A stretch of 64,000 bases of DNA, taken from Malacoraja senta. Lineage: Eukaryota. The notes under the pieces are model-generated. The model was not told the origin of the DNA. It worked only from the letters and a program-made list of their open reading frames with translations, and did no database searches. The stretch is taken from positions 9,674,001-9,738,000 of the forward strand of contig CM075996.1 in the NCBI GenBank assembly GCA_038087875.1. Direction: 5' to 3'. Positions 38,285 through 50,906 of the stretch are shown piece after piece (within the stretch, counting starts at the first letter, position 1; every line of letters starts with the position of its first letter). Both the position numbers and the translations under genes were made by a program.

Positions 38285-38615
38285 TATTGGAGGAACAGCA
38301 TCTCATATTTCGCTTGGGCAGCTAACAGCCCAGAATATTGATTTCTCTATCTTCAAATAACCCCAGCATTCCCTCTCTCTCCATCCCTCCCCCACCCAAG
38401 TCGCACCAGCTTCTCATTTTCACCCAACAAACAGCTAACGACAGCCTGTTTCCTTTATCATTATTACTTTTTTGCATATCTTTCATTCATTGTTCTTTAT
38501 CTCTCCACATCACCGTCTAGATCTCTCGTTTCCCTTTCCCCTAACCAGTCGGAAGAAGGGTCTCAACCCGAAACGTCACCCATTCCTTCTCTCCAGAGAT
38601 GCTGCCTGTGCTGCT
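38285..38615 (+). mobile_element. Penelope 3' end (GIY-YIG C-terminus, 3' UTR, hammerhead-like motif)
   Basis: LEEQHLIFRLGS, pyrimidine-rich UTR, cggaagaagggtctcaacccgaaacgtcacc at 38550-38580. Confidence 0.75.
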
Positions 38616-38951
38616 GAGACTGGATAGACTCGGCTTGTACTCGCTAGAATTTAGAAGATTGAGGGGGGATCTTATAGAAACTTACAAGATGAGAAAATCA
38701 TTTTTCACACAGAGAGTGGTGAATCTGTGGAATTCTCTTCCACAGAGGGTAGTTGAGGCCAGTTCATTGGCTATATTTAAGAGGGAGTTAGATGTGGCCC
38801 TTGTGGCTAAAGGGGGTATGGAGAGAAGGCAGGTACAGGATACTGAGTTGGATGATCAGCAATGATCACATTGAATGGCGGTGCAGGCTCGAAGGGCCGA
38901 ATGGCCTACTCCTGCACCTATTTTTTTGTATGTTTCTCTGTTTCTATGTTA

Positions 38952-39549
38952 AGGGCCTGTCCCACTTAGGCGATTTTTTTTTCGGCGACAGCCGGCGACA
39001 GTCACAGTCGTTGCAGGTTGCCGAAAAACCGGCAACTGGACCCCACCTACGACAATGTCTACGAAAACCTACCACCTAGTCGACGTCAAGCTATGGCAAG
39101 CTGCCGAGAACCGGCGACCCATTAGGACGTCCACCTACGACCACACAGGCAACAACCTACGAGAACCGAAGTCAACCTAGGTCCACCCGCGACGGGCTAT
39201 GACAAGCAACGACCCTGTCGGCGACAACTGAAGACAATTCAGTCGCTGGTTGACGTAGGTAGTTGTCAATGGAATTCACGGGTCATCACCCGGCGACAAC
39301 CAACATCACCCGGCGACAACCAACATCACCCGGCGACAACCTACGACAGAAGAAGACAAGCTACGTCAAGCCACAGTCGCCAAAAGGTTTTGAACATTCC
39401 AAAATCCAGCAGCGACCAGAAAAAAGTTACGACTCTTTAGGCGACTTGAGGAGACTACTCACGACCATGCAGGCGTCACCCCGCGGCCAGGTGGCGACAG
39501 CCTAGTCGCCTGTAGTCACCGAAAATATCCCCTAAGTGGGACGGGTCCT
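38952..39549. mobile_element. PIF/Harbinger-type MITE
   Basis: TIR agggcctgtcccacttagg / cctaagtgggacgggtcct; internal cgacaacctacg repeats. Confidence 0.82.
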
Positions 39550-39681
39550 TGACTCCAGCTTTTTGTGTCTATGTAAAGATGAATCTACAGAGGGTGGATA
39601 TGTGAGGGGTTAATGTGTGGTGCGGTTATTTATAGAGGCAGAGAGAGGGCTTCAGGCAGATGTGAGCGAACGGCAGAGAGG

Positions 39682-39719
<38 letters not shown>

Positions 39720-39939
39720 ACACATCCACAGCCGAGCTCTGATCCAAAGTGTCTGCTGACATGTAATTACCGAGGCAACGTTTTCACAGGGAAACTAATC
39801 AATGAAGCTTCACAGGGCAGGGTTGGTAATTAGGCCGTTTCACTGCACCTCCCATTATGTTGACAGGCCCGGGCCGGCCCGCTGGCCGCAGAGTGTGATG
39901 AGGCCTTCAGGCCAAACCTGGCTCACTGATCCAGAACCC

Positions 39940-40378
39940 CAGCCCAGTCTACCCAGGATCAACAGCCCAGTCTACCCCCCACCCTCTCCAGCCCAGTCTA
40001 CCCCCCACCCCTCTCCAGCCCAGTCTACCCCCCCTCTCCAGCCCAGTCTACCCCCCACCCCCCCCCCAGCTCAGTCTACCCCCCTCTAGCCCTGTACACC
40101 AGGCATCAACAGCCAAGTCTACCCCCCCTCTCCAGCCCAGTCTACCCCCCTCCAGCCCAGTCTACCTAGGATCAACAGCCAAGTCTACCCCCCCCTCTCC
40201 AGCCCAGTCTACCCCCCCTCTAGCCCAGTCTACCCCTCCCCCCCCTCCAGCCCAGTCTACACCGCTCTAGCCCTGTACACCAGGCATCAACAGCCCAGTC
40301 TACCCCCCCTTCTCCAGCCCAGTCTACCTAGGATCAACAACCCAGTCTACCCCCCCTCTCCAGCCCAGTCTACCCCGG
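39940..40378. repeat. C-rich minisatellite (cagcccagtctacccccc variants)
   Basis: Seen directly. Confidence 0.9.
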
Positions 40379-40468
40379 CTTGGACACGGCCAGCTCAGCT
40401 GCTCGCGGCGGCTCAGCTAGCCCTGTCTTGGTCAATCCAGTCTACCCCGGGCCACTCAGAGGTTGGCC

Positions 40469-40680
40469 AGCCCCATCTCCACCAGCTCCATCTCCAGCAG
40501 CTCCATCTCCAGCAGCCCCATCTCCAGCAGCTCCATCTCCAGCAGCCCCATCTCCAGCAGCCCCATCTCCAGCAGCTCCATCTCCAGCAGCCCCATCTCC
40601 AGCAGCTCCATCTCCAGCAGCTCCATCTCCAGCAGCCCCATCTCCAGCAGCCCCATCTCCAGCAGCTCCATCTCAGGCAG
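40469..40680. repeat. 15-bp tandem repeat ccatctccagcagc(t/c), about 14 copies
   Basis: Seen directly. Confidence 0.95.
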
Positions 40681-41759
40681 CCCAGTCTACCCTGGCCGCT
40701 GCCTCCTCTGCCACCCCCCCCCCAATTCCGTGCAGCCTGCCCGATGCAAGAGTGAATGTCCCCGACACCCCCTACCTCTCCTGGGCCCCCTGGCCTGTCT
40801 CCTGCCAGGGTGCCCCAGGCCCAGTGCCAGTCCTCCCTTGCACTGAGCCCAGTCCCTGACACCCCTCACAGCCGCTGCACGGACACCCACCCTCCGGGGG
40901 GGGGGGGGGGGGGAGAGGAAGAACATAGGAGGAGCCGGTGCTGGATACTTTGTAACCTTGTCGGCGCCCTTTATGTGGCGACCCTTTGCATACCTTGTGT
41001 ACGCAAGACAAAGAATATCACTGTGACTCGTCACACGGGACAATGTATTCATTCATTCATTCATTCAATCATGATTTGTTTATTTGTTCTTCCATCCTCC
41101 CCTTTGCTCCATCCATTGTACATTTGTTTGGCTTGATTGTATTTAGAAACATAGGAAGTAGGTGCAGGAGTAGGCCATTCGGCCCTTCGAGCCAGCGCCG
41201 CCATTCAATATGATCATGGCTGATCATCCAGAATCAGTACCCCGTTCCTGCTTTTCCCCCACATTCCTTGATTCCGTACTTTTTCCCTATGTCCCTTGAA
41301 TCCGTATATGTTTAAAAGGAGCTGGAGTAACTCAGCGGGTCAGGCAGCATCTGTGGAGAAAAAGGGTAGGTGATGTTTCGTATATGAAGAAGGGTCTCCC
41401 ATCCTTTTCCTCCAGAGATGCTGCCAGTCCCGCTGAGTTACTCCAGCATTGTGTGCCTCTCTTCCAACTAAACTAAAGAGCTGAACAGGCCCTTCGGCCC
41501 ACAGAGTGTATGCTGAACATGATGCCGAGTTAAACTGATCTCGGCTGCCCCCACAATATCCATGTCCCTCCGTTCCCCGCGCATCCCTGTTGCAGCTGCT
41601 GTGCATGTTTGCATTTGCTGCGGGAGTGATGTTGGTTTCGATGTGTTGCACCAGGCAGCCCCTGAGGGTTCTTTCCCCCGTGTGAGCTGGGATTTGTGGA
41701 CCAGACTTCCCTCAGTGTCTTGTCAGTCCCAGTGCTTGCAGCCCGCCGGGACGCGACAT

Positions 41760-42485
41760 TGCTCCGCAGTGCTCCACTACCGCAATGCTCCAGTGCCGCA
41801 GTGTTGCAGTGCTCCAGTGCCGCAGTGCTCCAGTGCCGCAGTGTTGCAGTGCTCCAGTGCCGCAGTGCTCCAGTGCCGCAATGCTCCAGTGCCGCAGTGC
41901 TCCAGTGCTGCAGTGCTCCAGTGCCGCAGTGCTACTTTGCTCCAGTGCCGCAGTGCTCCAATACCGCAGCGTTGCAGCGCTCCAGTGCCGCAGCGCTCCA
42001 GTGCCGCAGTGCTCCAGTGCCGTAGTACTCCAGTGCCGCAGTGCTCCAGTGCAACAGTGCTCCAGTGCCGCAGTGCTCCAGTGCAACAGTGCTCCAGTGC
42101 CACAGTGCTCCAGTGCTCGTGCCGCAGTGCTACATTGCTCCAGTGCCGCATTGCTCCAGTGCCGCAGTGCTCCAGTGCCACAGTGCTCCAGTGCCACAGT
42201 GCTACAGTGCTACATTTTTACAGTGCTACAGTGCTCCAGTGCCGCAGTGCTACAGTGCTATATTTTTACAGTGATACATTGCTACAGTGCCGCAGTGCTC
42301 CAGTGCCACAGTGCTACAGTGCTATACTTTTACAGTGCTCCATTGCTCCAGTGCTCCAATGCCGCAGTGCTACAGTACTGCAGTGCCGCAGTGCTCCAGT
42401 GCTCCAGTGCTCCAGTGCTCCAGTGCTCCAATGCCGCAGTGCTCCAGTACTCCAGTCCTGCAGTGCTACAGTGCCACAGTGCTGC
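41760..42485. repeat. 8-bp-based tandem repeat (cagtgctc/cagtgccg/cagtgcta)
   Basis: Seen directly. Confidence 0.95.
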
Positions 42486-43354
42486 ATCACTCCCTTGGCG
42501 TGGATGGTGCAGGGGACGCGTCACTCCTGGGGATTAGGACACAGCCACACGACTGCGATGGTGCATCATCACTGTGACCCGCGGGCACCCTCCACCCCTC
42601 GCCCGGCCCGTCTGGGTGGGTCTGCCAACCACCACCCTGTAGCGCGCTGTATCTCACCCACAAAGTTGTGAGCTCAAATCCCGCTCCTCATCAGTGATAG
42701 GAGCAGTAACCATTCGGCCCATCAAGTCTACTCCGCCATTCAATCATGGCTGCTCTATCCCTCCCTCCTAACCCCATTCTCCTGCCTTCTCCCCGTAACC
42801 TCTAACACCCATGTTTGATCAAGAATCTGTCCATCTCTGCCTTATATCCATTGGCTTGGCCTCCACAACCTCCTGGTCACCCGAGCTCCACAACTCGAGG
42901 CTGAGTGGGTGCGACGCCATGCTGGAGGGGCCACCTTTTAAACCCTCCCCCCCCCTCCCCGCCCCCTGCTCTTCCCTCAGGTTTAGTTCAGTTTAGAGAT
43001 ACAGTATGGAAACCGGCCCTTCGGCCCACCGAGTCCGTGCCGACCGTCGATCACCTTCGATCACTGCGCCGCCCCAGACCATCATTTAACTTGGCATCGT
43101 GTCCGACACGGTCATCGTGGGCTGAAGAGGTAGAACGACCGTCTGAAGAAGGGTCTCGACACGAAACATCACCCATTCCTTGGCCCCAGAGATGCCGCCT
43201 ATCCCGCTGAGTTACTCCAGCTTTTTGTGCCTATCTTTGTGGACTGAAGAGGCTGTTCCTGCTCTGTGCTGTTCTGCTGTATGTCTGTGTCCAGATGCTG
43301 CCTGACCCACTGAGTTCCTCCAGCAATTTGTTTTTTCCTCAACATCCCAGCATT

Positions 43355-43662
43355 GGGCGGCTCGGTGGTGCAGCGGGTAGAGTTGCTGCCTCACAGCGCC
43401 AGAGACCTGGGTTCAATCCTGACTACGGCTGCTGTCTGTACGGAGTTTGTACGTTCTCCCCGTGACCTGCGTGGGTTTTCTCCGGGTGCTCCGGTTTCCT
43501 CCCACACGCCAAAGACGGACAGGTTTGTAGGTTAATTGGCTTGATGTAAATGTAAAATTGTTCCTAGTGTGTGCAGGACAGTGTTCATGTGCAGGGATCG
43601 CTGGTCGGCACGGACTCGGTGGGCCGAAGGGCCTGTTTCTAAACTAAACTAAACTAAACTAA
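43355..43662 (+). mobile_element. HE1-type V-SINE, full length
   Basis: Consensus head, V-domain and (TAAAC)n tail. Confidence 0.88.
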
Positions 43663-43911
43663 GTGTTAAACTAAAATTTGCAGACTTTTGTGTCTCCACT
43701 CAGTTCAATATAAATCAGCAAACAAAGTGGATCTCAAAAGAAAATCTCAATGCACAGTGAATGCCCAAAATAGAATGGTTCGTGCGGTTTACATTAGAAA
43801 CGGTTTAACACCACAGGAAGGATCACGTTCAACAATCAACACCTCGATGTTAATAGGATCATTGTAAGAGGAAGTGTAGGAGTCAGTCTGGGAATGCAGA
43901 TAGTCTGAGGC

Positions 43912-44398
43912 GCCACACACACACGCGCACACGCTCACACACACATACACGCACACACACACACACACACATGCACGCACGCACACACACGCATGCGCAC
44001 GCACACACACACATGCACACACACACATGCACGTGCACACATGCACACACACGCGCACACACACACACACACACACGCATACACACACACGCTCACACAC
44101 ACACGCACGCACATGCATGCATACGCACACACGCATACACATGCACACACGCACACACACACACACACACACGCATACACACACACGCTCACACACACAC
44201 GCACACACATGCATGCACGCACGCACACACACACACGCACACACATAGGCACACGCACACACATATGCACACACACACGCACACACACACATGCACACAC
44301 ACACAGGCACACGCACTGACACACACACACACGCACACACGCACAGACACACATACACACACACACACACACACACATCCGCACACGCACACAAGCAC
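43912..44398. repeat. Degenerate (CA)n microsatellite
   Basis: Seen directly. Confidence 0.96.
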
Positions 44399-44634
44399 AT
44401 GGTGGTTGGCAGAGACACATGAAGCACTGCGTGACCCTATAACCGTGACCACCAGGTTCAAGAACAGCTTCTTCCCCATAACAAAAAGACACATAAACTG
44501 CTGGCGTAACTCAATGGGTCAGGCAGCATCTTTGGAGATAGACACAAAATGCTGGAGTAACTCAGCAGGTCGGGCAGCATCTCTCGAGAAAAGGAATACC
44601 TGATGTTTCGGGTCAAAACCCTGCTTCAGACACA

Positions 44635-44920
44635 GGCAAGAGACTCTGTGCATCTACCCGATCTATTCCTCTCACGATTTTGTACACCTCTATAAGATCA
44701 CCCCTCATCCTCCTGCCCTCCAGGGAATAGAGTCCCAGCCTGCTCAACCTCTCCCCATAGCTCACACCCTCTAGTCCTGGCAACATCCTCGTAGATCCTC
44801 TCTGCACCCTATCCAGCTTGACAACATCTTTCCTATAACACGGTGCCCTGAACCGAACACAATACTCTAAATGTGGCCTCACCCACGTCTTATATAACTG
44901 CAACATGACCTCCCAACTTC
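44635..44920 (-). mobile_element. CR1 LINE fragment
   Basis: [17 protein letters not shown]...RRMRGDLIEVYKI. Confidence 0.9.
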
Positions 44921-46199
44921 CAAGCTCTTTACTACTTTGTAATATTTTTTATTTGTTATATATACATTTTGACTGTTGTGTTTACAACTGTTATGCTGCT
45001 CCACTTAAGCATGTCCTTGTTCCATTGGCAGTCAGTACACATGACAATTAAACACTCTTGACTCTATGTCCAAATCGAACATTAATTCATCGCTCTCGAT
45101 CCACTCCAGCCCTCAATTAGTCTTTATTTATCCATTTGAGGTTCAGTCGAATCATAGCGCGGCAGTAGAGTTGCTGCCTCACGGCGCCAGAGTTCGATCC
45201 TGACTACGGGTGCTGTCTGTACGGAGTCTGTACGTTCTCCCCGTGACCGCATGGGTTTCCCCACACTCCCGAGACGTGTGGGTTCCCTGGAGAGGGAACA
45301 GGCGGTGTCCACGGGGACTCTGGAGGCCTTCCGTCAACGCTGGTCGCCGCGGGGGGTCGAATTCACACCCAGAGAGTTGTGAATTTATGGAATTCCCTGC
45401 CACAGAGGGCAGTGGAGGCCAAGTCACTGGATGGATTTAAGAGAGAGTTAGATAGAGCTCTAGGGGCTAGTGGAATCAAGGGATATGGGGAGAAGGCAGG
45501 CACGGGTTATTGATTGGGGACGATCAGCCATGATCGCAATGAATGGCTCGAAGGGCCGAATGGCCTCCTCCTGCACCTACTTTCTATGTTCTATGAATGT
45601 ATTGTTGATAAAATTGTTACTATTTTAATTTGATAACTTTGTTTGTAAACTGCCAATATAGGCATTCTTTGATCGTGTTACTACTCTGTATTTTTGTTTG
45701 TTCGGAATAAAAGCATTTTTTAGAGAAAAAAAAAAGGGGGGGGGGGGTTTGTAGGTTAATTGGCTTGGGTAAAAATTGTCAATTGTCCCATGTGTGTGGG
45801 ATAGTACAGGGTGATCGCTGGTCAGTGCGGACACGGCGGGCCGAAGGGCTTGCTCCTGCGCTGTATCTCTGTAAGAAACTAAACTAAATGAAAATGGGCA
45901 TGAAGCTTATTCTGGAGAAACTCAGCGGGTGCTGAGTTTCTCCAGCATTTTTGTGTACCTTCGATTTTCCAGCATCTGCAGTTCCTTCTTTAACAACATG
46001 AAGCTTATTCTACTCTGTTAATTAAATCCCATCAACAGAGTAAAGTATCAAATGTTCATCACTGAAGAAGGGCCTCGACCCGAAACGTCACCCATTCCTT
46101 CTCTCCAGAGATGCAGCCTGTCCCGCTGAGTTACTCCAGCATTCTGCGTCTACGTTCACTCACAGAACCTCTTTGTCCTGGTCTCTTAAGCCTATTTAC

Positions 46200-47640
46200 T
46201 CTGCACGGAGTGAGGGGGAGCAGCCGGAGGTTGTTGTGCATGTTGATATAGGTCGGAAGAGGGAGCAGGTTCTGCAACAAGAATTTACGGAATTGGGAAG
46301 AAGACTGAAAAGCAGGACCTGCAGGGTGGTGATCTGAGGATTGCTTCCAGTACCTCGTGCTAGTGGAGGTAACAGGAAGATAGGGGAAATGAATGTGTGG
46401 CTGAAGGGTTGGTGCAGGGGGCAGGGATTCAGATTTCTGGATCATTGGGATCTTTTCCGGGGCAGGGGTGACCTGTACAAAAGGGACGGGTTGCATCTAT
46501 CTAAAGTGGGATAAGATAGAATTTCCGAGGAATTGTTGATGGAATCCAAGGAGATAGCTGAATGGATAAAATATTGGCTTCATGGAAGGAAGCAGAGGGT
46601 GATGGTGGAAGGTTGCTTCTCAGAATGGAGGTCTGTGACTAGTGGTGTGCCTCAGGGTTCGGTGCTGGGCCCGTTACTGTTTGTCATCTACATCAATGAT
46701 TTGGATGAGAACATACTGGGCAAGATTAGCAAGTTTGCTGATGATACAAAAGTGACTGGTTTTGCAGATAGTGAAGATGGTTGTGAACGATTGCAGCAGG
46801 ATCTGGATCAATTGGCCAGGTGGGCAGAGGAATGGTTGATGGAATTTAATACAGAGAAGTGTGAGGTGTTGCATTTTTGGAAGTCTAACAAGGGTAGGAC
46901 CTACACAGTAAATGGTCGGCCTCTGGGTAGTGTTGTAGAGCAGAGGGATCTAGGAATACAAGTGCATAGTTCCTTGAAGGTGGAGTCGCAGGTAGATAAG
47001 GTGGTCAAAAAGGCTTTTGACACATTGGCCTTCATCAGTCAGAGCATTGAGTATAGAAGTTGGGAGGTCATGTTGCAGTTGTATAAGACGTTGGTGAGGC
47101 CACATTTAGAATACTGTTCAGTTCTGGGCACCATGTTATAGGAAAGATGTTGTCAAGCTTGAAAGGGTTCAGAGAAGATTTACGAGGATGTTGCCAGGAC
47201 TAGAGGGTGTGAGCTATAGGGAGAGGTTGAGTAGGCTGGGTCTCTATTCCATGGAGCGCAGGAGGATGAGGGGAGATCTTATAGAGGTGTACATAATCAT
47301 GAGAGGAATAGATTGGGTAGATGCACAGAGTCTCTTGCCCAGAGTAGGGGAATCGAGGACCAGGGGAAGGGGAAAAGATTTAATAGGAATCCGAAGGGTA
47401 ATTTTTTCACACAAAGGGTGATGGGTGTGTGGAACAAGCTGCCAGAGGTAGTTGAGGCTGGGACTATCCCATCATTTAAGAAACCGTTAGACAGGTACAT
47501 GGATAGGACAGGTTTGGAGGGATATGGACAAGCGCAGGCAAGTGGGACTTGTGTAGCTGGGTTATTGTTGGCCGGTGTGGGTGAGTTGGGCTGAAGGGTC
47601 TCTTTCCACACTGTATCACTCTAATGACTCTATGACTATA
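46200..47640 (+). mobile_element. Internally deleted CR1 LINE (ORF1 SGNH-esterase piece joined to ORF2 RT and 3' end)
   Basis: EGEQPEVVVHV...GLLPVPRA...GFRFLDHW...YKRDGLHL, then GVPQGSVLGPLLF, KFADDTK, RPHLEYC and a (ATGACTCT) tail. Confidence 0.9.
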
Positions 47641-47760
47641 AAACACACATTAGACTACACTTGGAGTGTTGTGTGCAGTGCTGGTTGCCCATGCTGCAGA
47701 GTGAATGCTGGAGAGAGTGCAGAGGAGATTGATGAGGTTGGTGCATACATTCATGATGTT

Positions 47761-47794
47761 GGTCTGAAGAAGGGTTTCGACCCGAAACGTCACC
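47761..47794 (+). ncRNA. Minimal hammerhead-ribozyme-like motif (Penelope-derived)
   Basis: ggt-CTGAAGA-A-GGGT(ttcg)ACCC-GAAAC-GTC-acc. Confidence 0.6.
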
Positions 47795-48694
47795 TATTCC
47801 TTCGCTCCACAGATGCTGCCTCACCCGCTGAGTTTCTCCAGCATTTTTGTCTACCTTCGATTTTTCAAGCATCTGCAGTTCCTTCTTAAACATTGCTGCT
47901 TTTGTTGTTATTATTATTATATATTTATAGAATGGAAACAGGCCCTTCGGCCCACTGCATCCATGCTGGCCATCGATCACCCGTTCACACTAGTTCTATC
48001 TATTTTCCACCCACTCCCGACACACTGGAGGCAGCTTACAGAGAACAATCACGAGTTAAGAGAGTGTTTAATTGTCATTTGTACTGAGACAGAATGATGA
48101 GATACTTACTTGCAGCAGCACCACAGACCCGTGAACGCAGGGCTCAACAGTTAACATCATTAACAAACAAAAAAAAGTTCAAAAAATAATAAAACAAGAC
48201 AAATAATAAAACAGTGTAAGCAAGACAGTTTGTAGTTTGAAGTTTCGTTGGTGTTTAATAGCCTGATTGGTGTCGGGAACCTGGACGTTACAGTTTTCAG
48301 GCTCCTGTACCTTCTTCCCGATGGCAGGGGTGAGATGAGTGTGTGGCCAGGGTGGTGTGTGGGTCTCTGATGATGCTGGCTGCCTTTTAGAGGCAGCGAC
48401 TCCTGTAGATCCCTTCGCTGGTGGGGAGGTCAGAGCCCATGAATGACTGGGCAGTGTTCAGCACTTAAGTCAGACACAAAAAACTGGAGTAACTCAGCGG
48501 GTCAGGCATCATCTCTGGTGAAGTTTTGGGTCGAGACCCTTCCACCCGAAACGTCACCTATTCCTTCTCTCCAGAGATGCTGCCTGACCCGCTGAGATAC
48601 TCTAGCTGTTTGTGTCTGTCTTTGATTTAAGCCAGCATCTGTAGTTCCTCCCTCCACACAGTGTTCACCACTTCTTGCAGTCTCTGTTGTTCCC

Positions 48695-49665
48695 GGAAGT
48701 GGCGGCTGCTGCTCGCCTGCAGTCCGTTTGTCTTTTCTTTTTTTGTTTTCTTTTTGTCCCGTTGTTACAGTTTATTTCGGTTTATTTTAGTTGTGTATGT
48801 GTGAGGGGGGGTGGGAGAAACTTGTTTTAGTCTCTTCCTTCGGGGGGATGCGACCTTTTCTTGTCGTATCCCCCGTCTCCATCTGCGCTGAAGCCTAATC
48901 GCGGAGCTGGCGGCCTGCAACTGGGACTGACCTCGAGGCTCCGGAGGCAGAGCCAGCCAGGACTTACCAACGCGAAGCTGGCCGACTTCGGGGCTGTGGT
49001 GGCGTTGCGGCGGCGGCGACCCGACTTCGGGGCTGTGGTGGCGTTGCGGAGGCGGTGACCCGACTTCGGGGCTGTGGTGGCGTTGCGGAGGCGGTGACCC
49101 GACTTCGGGGTTGTGGTGGCGTTGCGGCGGTGGCGACCCGACTTCGGGGCTGTGGCGGCGTTGCGGAGGTGGCGACCCGACTTCGGAGCCTCGGAGGTTC
49201 GGCCGCGGGCCCAGTGGACGACATCGTCGGGAGCTCGCAAGTCCCAGGTTGGTGACCGATTCTCCGGAGCTCCCGCAACAACAGCTTCGTCCGCTGGACT
49301 GCAGGGTGGCAGCTTCGGCAGCTTTGACCGCCCCGGGCCACGGAGTTTGAACCGGCCCGTTCGCGGAGCTCGGATTCAGCCGCGATACTTACTTAACATC
49401 ACCCGGCGGGGTCACAACATCGGAAGCCTGGATCGCCTCAACGCAGAGGGAGAACAAGGAGGGAAGAGACAAGGACTTTAAGACTTTTGCCTTCCATCAC
49501 AGTGAGGAGTGCCTGGTGGACTCACTGTGGTGGATGTTAAATCTGTGTTTATTGTGTGTTTTGTTATTTTATTCTATGTTATAACTGCAAGGCACGAAAT
49601 TTCGTTCAGACTGAATAGTCTGAATGACAATAAAGGATACAATAAAGGATACAACAATAAAAGGA
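48695..49665 (+). mobile_element. GC-rich non-autonomous LINE-like element with a 39-bp x5 internal repeat (48982-49186)
   Basis: Family head, hairpin 1 at 48844-48873, hairpin 2 at 49493-49534, tail gacaataaaggatacaataaagg. Confidence 0.7.
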
Positions 49666-49835
49666 TTACATTTGCTGAACCAGGCCGTGATGTAACCAGT
49701 CAATATGCTCTCTCCCGTTCACCTGTTCAAGCTCAAGGGAGTATTCGTCTCCCTACAGAATCTCTGGAGAAGGGTCTCGACCCGAAACGCCACCCATTCC
49801 TTCTCTCCAGAGATACTGTCTGTCCCGCTGAGTTA

Positions 49836-50112
49836 TGGTCCTGTCCCACTTAGGGGATTTTTTTTTGGCGACTACAGGCATCTGCCGAAAAATGTTCAAC
49901 ATGTTGAAACATTTTCGGTGACAGTGGCGACAATTTGGGCTGTCGTAGATTGTCGCCAGGTGACATAGGTTGTCGCCAGGTGACGTAGGTTGTCGCCAGG
50001 TGCGTAGGTTGTCACCAGGTGAAATAGGTTGTCGCCGGTGCTGACTTCGGTGAATTCCATTACCTTAGTCGCTGGCAGTCGCCTAAAAAATCGCCTAAGT
50101 GGGACAGGCCCT
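49836..50112. mobile_element. PIF/Harbinger-type MITE (related to 38952-39549, opposite orientation)
   Basis: TIR tggtcctgtcccacttagg / cctaagtgggacaggccct; internal aggtgacgtaggttgtcgcc repeats. Confidence 0.82.
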
Positions 50113-50579
50113 TGACTCCAGCATTTTGTGTGTACTGACAGAATCTCCTCACTCTTCTTAGAGAGTAGAGGTGCTGATGGACCTTCTGTATAATTGTATC
50201 ATTGTGCTGGGTCCTGGACACATCCCCAGAGATATGCACGCCCAGGAACTTGAACTTGGTGACTCTCCCCACCACCGACACGTCGATGAAGACTGCTTTG
50301 TGGATTCTCAGTCTTCCCCTTCAGAAGCCAACAACCAGCTCCTTGGTCTGACTGATGTTGGGAGCAAGGTTTGGGCAGAAGGGGGGGAGCAAGATTTCCT
50401 TGCCATTCAGTGAGCCCCAATGATACTGTAATCTCAGTCGACGAGGCCAATGTCAGAAGATCCTTCAGGTGGGGTGAACCTTCAGAAAGCATCTGGACCT
50501 GATGGTATCCCTGGTTACGTTCTCAAACCTGCCTGGGATTTGTCTGGGATCTCCGGTTTCCTCCAAAGCTCTAACGATG

Positions 50580-50906
50580 CCAAGCTGGCCATCCGCGAGT
50601 CACGGCACTAGGCGTTGGAGGGCTTTAACCGAGCCGGCTGCCTGCCCCTTTTCCGGGAGTTACGTCTGCGCCCGGGTGGGGTTAGAAAGGGAATACGCCC
50701 TGTCCTCAGGCACCCTGGGGGAGTTCCGGGACCGTTGGACTCAGCAGGGTGTTGAATGCATCCTTGACAAGGAGTGTAATATTGTTGTACAGTAGTTTAT
50801 TAAGGATATTTGTTTGTATTGTATTATGCTGGTGGGTCCTGGTTTATTTTATTGTAGTGTAATATTATTTTTTAATAATTGAATGAATTTTTTGATTAAA
50901 TAAACC
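50580..50906 (+). mobile_element. Tx1-like LINE 3' fragment
   Basis: KLAIRESR...CLPLF...YVCARVGLEREYALSSGTLGEFRDRW...VECIL; T-rich UTR, A tail; 11-bp TSD ctctaacgatg at 50569-50579 and 50907-50917. Confidence 0.8.

Noticed and set aside
40380..40862. (SPAAP)n or (WSCWR)n protein
   Set aside because: Translation of a 15-bp tandem repeat; no splice or domain support
41562..42671. 369-aa Cys-rich ORF
   Set aside because: Artefact of an 8-bp-based tandem repeat that is open in many frames
43762..43800. cacagtg as a V(D)J recombination signal
   Set aside because: No nonamer at 12 or 23 bp and no Ig/TCR segment
47653..47665. actacacttg as the missing U2 5' end
   Set aside because: Match stops after ~10 nt; context is a CR1 RPHLEYC-like remnant
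48982..49186. 39-bp repeats as a CRISPR array
   Set aside because: Head-to-tail repeats without spacers, eukaryotic TE context, no cas genes
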